From IMG/VR virus record IMGVR_UViG_3300042332_000818, positions 55,390-119,389 of that record: a stretch of DNA of 64,000 nt. The stretch is one strand, 5' to 3'. A program made the position numbers and the translations under genes. Under the pieces are notes generated by a model. That model was given only the letters and a program-made list of their open reading frames with translations, was not told where the DNA came from and did no database searches. Each line of letters opens with the position of its first letter. The stretch's first letter is position 1. This DNA is from a virus. Positions 57,131 to 64,000 of this stretch are shown in pieces.

Positions 57131-57518
57131 ACAAGCAATCAAGAAGACGGCTCAAGCGGAGGGTGTTACTGAGCAACTTGTATCAGATCTAACGCACTAC
57201 TTCTGGCTAAGGGCAAGAAAAGATATATCTAGTCTTGAGTACCCTAGGGTTAGTATTGCAAATTTTGGTACATTCATGGTCAGATATAACAGAATGGAGA
57301 AGCAGATTGAGAAATACGAGGAAATTCTTGGAAAGCTTAATATGACTAGATACAGAGACTATCAAATATTTGATGAGTTATCTAAAAGAGTAAGTAGAAT
57401 GAAGGCTTTGATTCTACAGTTAGAAGTTGAACGAACTGAAAGATCCGAACACTATGAAATTAAAAACGCTAATAGAGAACCTGAAAACGATCTGGAAGAA
57501 CAAGAGACTGATTCTTGA
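57102..57518 (+). CDS. IHF/HU-like DNA-binding protein
   Basis: RVSIANFGTF motif; typical crAss-like position near the terminase. Confidence 0.6.
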   Translation: MLILNPRKPKQAIKKTAQAEGVTEQLVSDLTHYFWLRARKDISSLEYPRVSIANFGTFMVRYNRMEKQIEKYEEILGKLNMTRYRDYQIFDELSKRVSRMKALILQLEVERTERSEHYEIKNANREPENDLEEQETDS

Positions 57519-57780
57519 AGGTCTTAAGTATAAAATTTTTAAAACTGAACTAACCGAGAAGGTATATGCTAAAAGACATTCTATCTGTGCGACTTGTCCT
57601 AATAGAACAATGGAGTCTCATAAATGCATTGCTCCTGGAACACAACCCTGCTGCTCATTATGTGGTTGTTCTTTGTCTCTTAAACTTAGATCTTTAAGTT
57701 CAGAGTGTCCTGCCGAAAAGTGGAAAGCCCACTTTACAGATAAGCAGGAAGAAACTTATTTAAGAAATTATGGCCGTTAA
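57454..57780 (+). CDS. Cys-rich Zn-binding protein
   Basis: CATC, CCSLCGC, CP..KW. Confidence 0.6.
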   Translation: MKLKTLIENLKTIWKNKRLILEGLKYKIFKTELTEKVYAKRHSICATCPNRTMESHKCIAPGTQPCCSLCGCSLSLKLRSLSSECPAEKWKAHFTDKQEETYLRNYGR

Positions 57781-58600
57781 GTTTTTACCAGAAGATCACA
57801 AATATGTTAGCGTTGATCCTGCTGAGAATATCAGTTGGATGAGTGTTACATCATTGATTAGTAAGCTTAAACAGCCTTTTGAGGCTGAAAAGATTGCTGA
57901 GAAGTCTTCTAAAAACAAAAGATCCAAGTGGTATGGAATGACCAAGGATCAAATCCTTTCTGTATGGAAGGCAGAATCGGAAAGAGCTATTACTGTTGGA
58001 AACTGGTACCACAACCAAAGAGAAGAAGATCTTTTGGGTTTAGATAGTATTGAACGTCACGGTAAGGTTATTCCTATTATGCAACCTTTGGCTGATACTT
58101 CTGGTATTAAAGTTGCTCCAAACCAACGTCTTACAGATGGCATGTATCCTGAGCACTTTGTTTATATGAAGAGCTTGGGTATTTGCGGTCAATCAGATCT
58201 TGTAGAAGTCATAGATGGTGTAGTTCACATTACAGATTACAAAACCAACAAAGAAATCCGTAGTGAGAGTTATAAAGACTGGGAGGGTTTGTCTCAAAAG
58301 ATGAACCACCCAGTCAGCCATCTTGATGACTGCAATCTAAACCACTATAATCTGCAGCTTTCTATCTACATGTATATGATTCTTAAGCATAATCCAAAGC
58401 TTAAGCCCGGTACATTGATGATTCAGCATATTATGTTTGAAGATGAGGGTAAAGATCCAAATGGATACCCTATTCTAAAGACAAACACTGATGGAGATCC
58501 TGTTATTAAAGACATTATATACTACGATATTCCATATCTTAAAGATGAAGTTCTTGCATTAGTCAAGTGGTTTCAGGATAATAAATCTAAATTCAAATGA
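57770..58600 (+). CDS. PD-(D/E)XK nuclease
   Basis: SVT, CGQSDL, TDYKTN, YNLQLSIY. Confidence 0.85.
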   Translation: MAVKFLPEDHKYVSVDPAENISWMSVTSLISKLKQPFEAEKIAEKSSKNKRSKWYGMTKDQILSVWKAESERAITVGNWYHNQREEDLLGLDSIERHGKVIPIMQPLADTSGIKVAPNQRLTDGMYPEHFVYMKSLGICGQSDLVEVIDGVVHITDYKTNKEIRSESYKDWEGLSQKMNHPVSHLDDCNLNHYNLQLSIYMYMILKHNPKLKPGTLMIQHIMFEDEGKDPNGYPILKTNTDGDPVIKDIIYYDIPYLKDEVLALVKWFQDNKSKFK

Positions 58601-59115
58601 TAGTAAGACTCTTTGACGTACAGAATGGTAAGGTTATTCCTTCTGAGCATTGTTATACTTTAGAAAGTTTAAAGAAAATAATGACTGCTTATGATGAGGA
58701 TGCTCCAAAAGTATACACGTACATCTTTTACATGACGTGTCCAGACCCGGACATTAACCCATTCTTTAATGTACTAGAGTCTGAGAAGGAAGAGCTTATC
58801 CTTAGAGAAGTAAATATGGATTACTCTACGGAGGATCCTGAGATACTTGAAGCAATGGATCTGTGCAGAAAGTTATATGAAACACCAACATACCGTGCGT
58901 ATAAGGGTATTGCATCTATGCTTGATAGACTTGCTAGATACATGGAAACTACTGATATTGAGCACGGTAGAGATGGTAACATAAACTCTTTGATTAACGC
59001 AGCTGCTAAATTTGAGCAGATTCGTAATTCATTTAAGGGTGCGTACAGTGATTTGAAAGATGAACAAAAGACTACTGTCCGTGGTGGACAGGGTCTTGCT
59101 TATGACCAATTGTAA
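58597..59115 (+). CDS. Conserved packaging-module protein (possible terminase small subunit)
   Basis: Helical; C-terminal VRGG; upstream of TerL. Confidence 0.5.
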   Translation: MIVRLFDVQNGKVIPSEHCYTLESLKKIMTAYDEDAPKVYTYIFYMTCPDPDINPFFNVLESEKEELILREVNMDYSTEDPEILEAMDLCRKLYETPTYRAYKGIASMLDRLARYMETTDIEHGRDGNINSLINAAAKFEQIRNSFKGAYSDLKDEQKTTVRGGQGLAYDQL

Positions 59116-59116
59116 C

Positions 59117-59296
59117 ATGAACGAGAACTTCCAAGATATTCTGTTTCACTACAATCCTTATGAAGAGTTGTGGTATGCTTTTAAACGTGATGATGCAAAT
59201 AGCTACTTTAGTGATAGAAAGTCAATACCGACTTTGTCATCAGCTAAGATTAAAGATCTTATACAAGGTATTTCAAACGGCATAGAGATCGTTTAA
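59117..59296 (+). CDS. Small hypothetical protein
   Basis: LFHYNPY..WYAF; coupled to TerL. Confidence 0.55.
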   Translation: MNENFQDILFHYNPYEELWYAFKRDDANSYFSDRKSIPTLSSAKIKDLIQGISNGIEIV

Positions 59297-61470
59297 TGTT
59301 TATTACTGTTCCAACATATAAAAATGGTCAGTGGACTGATACTTCTTTTGAAACAAGAGAAGCTTTCAGAGACTTTTTGCTGACTCTTTTTAAAGAACCG
59401 GGACAGTATGGGTTTGATGAGACTTCTGAAGTATTCCAGGAGCAATCAACAAGATTTAACAAGTTAGGGTATTACACAGACGCACCCTTTAGATCTAAGG
59501 ATTTTGTAAACTATTGGGATCTTGAGAAGAGAAAGTGCAGAAACGGTGTAATTATTATAGGTAAAAAGCAAACCTGGTATCTCAGTAGAGATTACTACAT
59601 GTGGTTAAACTTTCTTCCTATCTATGATAAGGAGGAAAAGAGATACGGATTTGCAAAAGTTCGGGATGCTCAGTATCACATGGCAATGTATGAGATACTT
59701 GCAGAAGTATCCTACAAGCACGTTGCCATTCTAAAGAAACGTCAGATTGCATCGTCTTACTTTCATATGGGTAAGTTGATTAATCAATACTGGTTTGAAG
59801 AAGGTTCTATCTGTAAGATCGGTGCAAGTCTAAAAGATTACATTAACGACAAAGGTTCCTGGAAGTTTCTTGATGAATATGCAAACTTTCTAAACGAACA
59901 CACTGCTTGGTATAGACCAAGTAACCCAAACAAAGTACTTCTTTGGGAACAGAAGATTGAAGTCAGGATAAATAATAGAATTAGTAAGAAGGGTCTTATG
60001 TCTAAGATCCAGGGTATGTCATTTGAAAAAGATGCTACTACTGGTGTAGGTGGACCTGTAACATATTTCTTTCATGAAGAAGCTGGTATTGCTCCCAAGA
60101 TGGATAAGACATATGAGTATATACGCCCTGCTGTTCAGTCTGGGTTTATTACTACTGGTACTTTCATTGCTGCTGGATCTGTGGGTGATCTTGATCAGTG
60201 TGAGCCTCTTAAACAAATGATTTTAAACCCAGAGATAAATGATATCTACGCTGTTGAGACTGATCTTATTGATGATCAAGGTACCATTGGGGTTGCTGGC
60301 CTTTTTATTCCTGAGCAGTGGAGCATGCCTCCTTTTATTGATGAGTGGGGCAACTCACTTGTTAAATCTGCTCTTGAGGCCATTGAAGTAGAAAGAGAGA
60401 AGTGGAAGAAAGATCTACCACCTGAGCAGTATCAGTTACGTATTTCTCAGAAGCCAACAAACATTCAAGAAGCATTTGCTTACAGAAAAGTATCTGTATT
60501 TCCCACAAATCTGGTTTCTGCTCAATTGAAAAGAATTGAAGAAAAAGAGTATCCTTTTGAATTTTTAGAACTAGAATACGGAGAAGACGGAAAAATTGTA
60601 GCAAAAGACTCAAGAAAGTTGCCGATTCGTGAATTTCCTATTTCTAAAAAGACAGAAGATAAGACCGGGGTACTTGTAGTTTATGAAAGACCGGTGGCTA
60701 ATGCAGGGTTTGGTACATACTATGCATCTGTTGACCCTGTAGGTGAGGGTAAAACAACCACCTCAGAGTCTCTCTGTAGCATCTTTGTATACAAGAACCC
60801 AGTGGAGGTTACCCGAGAGACAGATAATGGCATAGACAGCTTTATTGAGCAGGATAAGATTGTTGCTTCTTGGTGTGGTAGATATGATGATCTAAACAAA
60901 ACTCACCAGCAGTTAGAAAAGATTATTGAATGGTACAATGCATGGACTGTTGTAGAAAACAACGTATCACTGTTCTTGCAGTACATGATGTCTAGACGTA
61001 AGCAGAGATACCTTGTACCCAAGAGCCAGATGCTTTTCTTGAAAGATATTGGTTCAAATGCAAATGTGTTCCAAGAATATGGTTGGAAAAACACAGGCAC
61101 TCTGTTTAAGAGTCACCTGCTTTCTTATGCTATTGAGTATTTGAAAGAAGAGATTGACGTTACTACAAAAGCGGATGGTACAATTGTAAGAACCACCTAT
61201 GGTGTGGAGCGCATTCCAGATCCAATGCTTTTGAAAGAGATGATGGCATATCATCCTGGTTTAAACGTTGACCGATTGGTTGCGTTTTCTGCATTAATTG
61301 CCTTTGCTAAGGTGCAGCAATCTAACCGTGGATATGCAAAAAGAAGTGAATCTACAATAAAAGGTTTGGAAAAGTCCGATAATTTGTATAAATTAAAAGT
61401 GAGCCCGTTTAGACATATGGGAGGATCATCTATTTCTAAACCTCGTAATCCGTTTAAAAATTATAAATAA
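59296..61470 (+). CDS. terL: Terminase large subunit
   Basis: KKRQIASSY, FFHEEAG, nuclease SVDPVG, VENN, DRLVA. Confidence 0.9.
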   Translation: MFITVPTYKNGQWTDTSFETREAFRDFLLTLFKEPGQYGFDETSEVFQEQSTRFNKLGYYTDAPFRSKDFVNYWDLEKRKCRNGVIIIGKKQTWYLSRDYYMWLNFLPIYDKEEKRYGFAKVRDAQYHMAMYEILAEVSYKHVAILKKRQIASSYFHMGKLINQYWFEEGSICKIGASLKDYINDKGSWKFLDEYANFLNEHTAWYRPSNPNKVLLWEQKIEVRINNRISKKGLMSKIQGMSFEKDATTGVGGPVTYFFHEEAGIAPKMDKTYEYIRPAVQSGFITTGTFIAAGSVGDLDQCEPLKQMILNPEINDIYAVETDLIDDQGTIGVAGLFIPEQWSMPPFIDEWGNSLVKSALEAIEVEREKWKKDLPPEQYQLRISQKPTNIQEAFAYRKVSVFPTNLVSAQLKRIEEKEYPFEFLELEYGEDGKIVAKDSRKLPIREFPISKKTEDKTGVLVVYERPVANAGFGTYYASVDPVGEGKTTTSESLCSIFVYKNPVEVTRETDNGIDSFIEQDKIVASWCGRYDDLNKTHQQLEKIIEWYNAWTVVENNVSLFLQYMMSRRKQRYLVPKSQMLFLKDIGSNANVFQEYGWKNTGTLFKSHLLSYAIEYLKEEIDVTTKADGTIVRTTYGVERIPDPMLLKEMMAYHPGLNVDRLVAFSALIAFAKVQQSNRGYAKRSESTIKGLEKSDNLYKLKVSPFRHMGGSSISKPRNPFKNYK

Positions 61471-61604
61471 TGTTTACAGCTGTTAATTCAACAAGTGATT
61501 ACGGAAGTATAGCATACGTCTATGTGGATGAATTAGCGGATATGGAGTACACCACAGTTTATGTGATTAACACAATTGACGACGAGAGTTATGAAGGTTT
61601 ATAA
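61470..61604 (+). CDS. Small acidic ORF (44 aa)
   Basis: TAATG-coupled to terL; overlaps the portal start. Confidence 0.35.
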   Translation: MFTAVNSTSDYGSIAYVYVDELADMEYTTVYVINTIDDESYEGL

Positions 61605-63999
61605 TGCCCTAGATCTAAAAGCGGGAGCAAAAGCGGAGTATAATAAAACCGGTACTCTTATTCAGCCTGTTCAGTTTGTTTCTAGAAAAGAAAAAGATGA
61701 AGAGTGGGCGGCCTGGAATATGGACTGGCATGAGTGGCAAGGTATTAAGCAGCTCAGAAGAAACGCTAGAAGACTTCTTAAGAACTATAAGCTTGCAAAA
61801 GGTATCATTGATAAGACTGATTATATCATTGAACCAGACAACGAATATGCAGATCTTGTAGATACATTGATCCAAGAAGATCAATCAGCTCTTGAAATTA
61901 AATTCTACCCTATTATTCCTAACGTTATTAACGTTCTTACTGGTGAGTTTGCTAAACGCTACTCACGTGTAACATTCCGTGCAGTAGATGACATCTCTTA
62001 CAATGAAATGATGGAGATGAAGAGAGTAATGATTGAAGAGACATTACTTGGTCAAGCTGAGCAAAAGCTTGTAATGAATATGATTGCTCAGGGTATGGAT
62101 CCTGAGTCTGAAGAAGCTCAACAAGTTCTTAATAGAGATAGACTTAAGACTCTTCCTGAGATTGAAGATTTCTTTTCTAAAGATTACCGTAACCTTGTTG
62201 AAGAGTGGGCAATGCACCAGCTTAAGGTTGACGAGGAAAGATTTAAAATGCAAGAGCTTGAGGAGCGTGGTTTTCGTGATATGCTTATTTCAGACCGTGA
62301 GTTCTGGCACTTTAAGATGAATGAGGATGACTATGAGGTTGAACTCTGGAATCCTGTACTAACATTCTATCACAAGTCTCCAGATATCCGTTACATTTCT
62401 CAGGGTAACTGGGTTGGTAAGATGGATATGATGACCGTATCTGATATCATTGATAAGTACGGTTACTTGATGACTGAAGATCAGTTGAAGTCATTGGAAG
62501 CTATTTACCCTGTACGTTCTGCAGGTTATCCTATTGGTGGATATCAGAATGATGGAAGTTACTACGATGCTTCTAAGAGCCATGAGTTTAATAGCATTGA
62601 AAACGGTTCATTAGGTTATAGACAGTTTATGTCAACCTATCAAAATAACATGTACACCGGTGACGTTGTAAATGAAATTTTGAGTGAGTCTGAAGATATG
62701 TTTGACAATGAGGCAGCTTTTATGCTTCGTGTTACTACTGTTTACTGGAAGTCACAACGCAGAGTTGGTCACCTTACCAGAATTACTGAGGACGGTGAGA
62801 TCATTCAGGATATTGTAGATGAGACTTACAAGATTACCGAGAAGCCCCTTTACAATAACTCATTTAACAAAAACAAGACAAAAGAGAATCTTGTGTTTGG
62901 TGAGCATATTGAGTGGATTTGGATTAATGAAACTTGGGGTGGTGTTAAGATTGGACCTAATGCTCCTACCTTCTGGGGTCAGAAGAATATGTCAGGATTA
63001 GATCCTATCTACATTGGTATCAATCAGCCTAAAGTTGGAAGACTTAAGTTTCAGTTTAAGGGTGATAATACGTTGTATGGTTGTAAGCTACCAGTTGAGG
63101 GTGCTGTATTCTCAGATCGTAACACACGTTCAACATCTTTGGTAGACTTAATGAAGCCTTACCAGATTGGATACAACATTGTAAACAATCAGATTTCTGA
63201 TATTCTTGTAGATGAGCTAGGCACTGTTATCCTACTAGATCAAAACGCATTACCACGTCACTCTCTGGGAGAAGACTGGGGCAAAAACAATCTGGCTAAA
63301 GCATATGTGGCAATGAAGAACTTCCAGATGTTACCTCTGGATACTTCTATTACCAATACAGAGAATGCTTTGAATTTTCAGCATTATCAAGTTCTTAGCC
63401 TTGAGCAGACTAATCGTTTGATGTCAAGAACAAACCTGGCTAATTACTTTAAGAATCAGGCGTTTGAATCTATCGGTATTAACATGCAGCGTCTTGGTGG
63501 TGCTGTAGAACAACAAACAGCTACTGGGGTACAAGCATCTCTTGAAAGCTCGTATGCACAAACAGAGATTTACTTTATTCAACACTCTGATTACTTGATG
63601 CCACGTGTACACCAAATGCGTACAGACTTGGCACAGTACTACCACAGCAATAGACCTTCTATTCGTCTTCAGTATATTACTACTGCCGATGAGAAGATTA
63701 ACTTCCAGCTTAATGGTACAGATCTCCTCCTTAGAGATCTTAATGTATTCTGCACTACTAAAGCTAATCATAGACAAGTTCTTGAGCAGCTTAAGCAGAT
63801 GGCAATGACCAATAATACTACTGGTGCAACCATTTACGATCTTGGTAATATCCTTAAATCAGATAACATTGCTGAGGTTAGTCGTATTCTTAAAGAAGCT
63901 GAATCTAAGCAACAGGGTCAGAAACAAGCCGAAATGCAGCAAATGCAGCAGATGAAAGAGCAAGAGATTCAGGCTCGTCAGCAAGAAGCTATGATGAAG
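61591..63999 (+). CDS. Portal protein (3'-truncated)
   Basis: Open frame MKVYNALDLK... runs off the window (so it is missing from the ORF track). Follows TerL; YPIIPNVINVL.GE, SLVDLMKPYQI.YN, Q-rich C-terminal region. Confidence 0.85.
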   Translation, partial: MKVYNALDLKAGAKAEYNKTGTLIQPVQFVSRKEKDEEWAAWNMDWHEWQGIKQLRRNARRLLKNYKLAKGIIDKTDYIIEPDNEYADLVDTLIQEDQSALEIKFYPIIPNVINVLTGEFAKRYSRVTFRAVDDISYNEMMEMKRVMIEETLLGQAEQKLVMNMIAQGMDPESEEAQQVLNRDRLKTLPEIEDFFSKDYRNLVEEWAMHQLKVDEERFKMQELEERGFRDMLISDREFWHFKMNEDDYEVELWNPVLTFYHKSPDIRYISQGNWVGKMDMMTVSDIIDKYGYLMTEDQLKSLEAIYPVRSAGYPIGGYQNDGSYYDASKSHEFNSIENGSLGYRQFMSTYQNNMYTGDVVNEILSESEDMFDNEAAFMLRVTTVYWKSQRRVGHLTRITEDGEIIQDIVDETYKITEKPLYNNSFNKNKTKENLVFGEHIEWIWINETWGGVKIGPNAPTFWGQKNMSGLDPIYIGINQPKVGRLKFQFKGDNTLYGCKLPVEGAVFSDRNTRSTSLVDLMKPYQIGYNIVNNQISDILVDELGTVILLDQNALPRHSLGEDWGKNNLAKAYVAMKNFQMLPLDTSITNTENALNFQHYQVLSLEQTNRLMSRTNLANYFKNQAFESIGINMQRLGGAVEQQTATGVQASLESSYAQTEIYFIQHSDYLMPRVHQMRTDLAQYYHSNRPSIRLQYITTADEKINFQLNGTDLLLRDLNVFCTTKANHRQVLEQLKQMAMTNNTTGATIYDLGNILKSDNIAEVSRILKEAESKQQGQKQAEMQQMQQMKEQEIQARQQEAMMK

Positions 64000-64000
64000 A

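Noticed and set aside
20739-61470. Introns, inteins, DGR or retron elements
   Set aside because: PolB, DnaB, ThyA and TerL appear uninterrupted, and no reverse transcriptase motif was found.
1-64000. Stop-codon reassignment as in some gut crAss-like phages
   Set aside because: Long genes are intact in the standard code, TAG and TGA terminate genes normally, and no suppressor tRNA was seen.

Overview
A 64-kb slice of a crAss-like (Crassvirales-type) dsDNA phage with a Bacteroidota host, most likely a Flavobacteriia-type environmental host. It uses the standard genetic code. The + strand from 1 to 19 kb holds the 5'-truncated giant virion RNA polymerase (DFDAD), a nuclease-fused virion protein, a six-gene cell-envelope cassette (cohesin/dockerin T9SS cargo, CsgG-like lipoprotein, G/S-linker beta-barrel, PA14-dockerin, second CsgG-like protein), holin, GH19 endolysin and PhoH. 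The - strand from 19 to 56 kb holds the replication and early genes: PolB, MoxR/vWA-peptidase, primase, DnaB, UDG, SF2 helicase, MazG, chorismate mutase-like, ParB-like, an outer-membrane barrel, thioesterase, ThyA, two tRNAs and many small ORFs. A small + strand lysis island and several structured intergenic RNAs interrupt this block. The + strand from 56.5 to 64 kb holds an IHF-like gene, a nuclease, terminase and a 3'-truncated portal. The most striking element is the promoter-bounded CsgG/cohesin-dockerin/T9SS surface-assembly cassette. Also notable are a nested tRNA-like RNA, several pseudoknotted intergenic RNAs, an 18-bp gene-junction repeat array and an iteron-like region. All calls come from reading motifs by eye; no searches were run.
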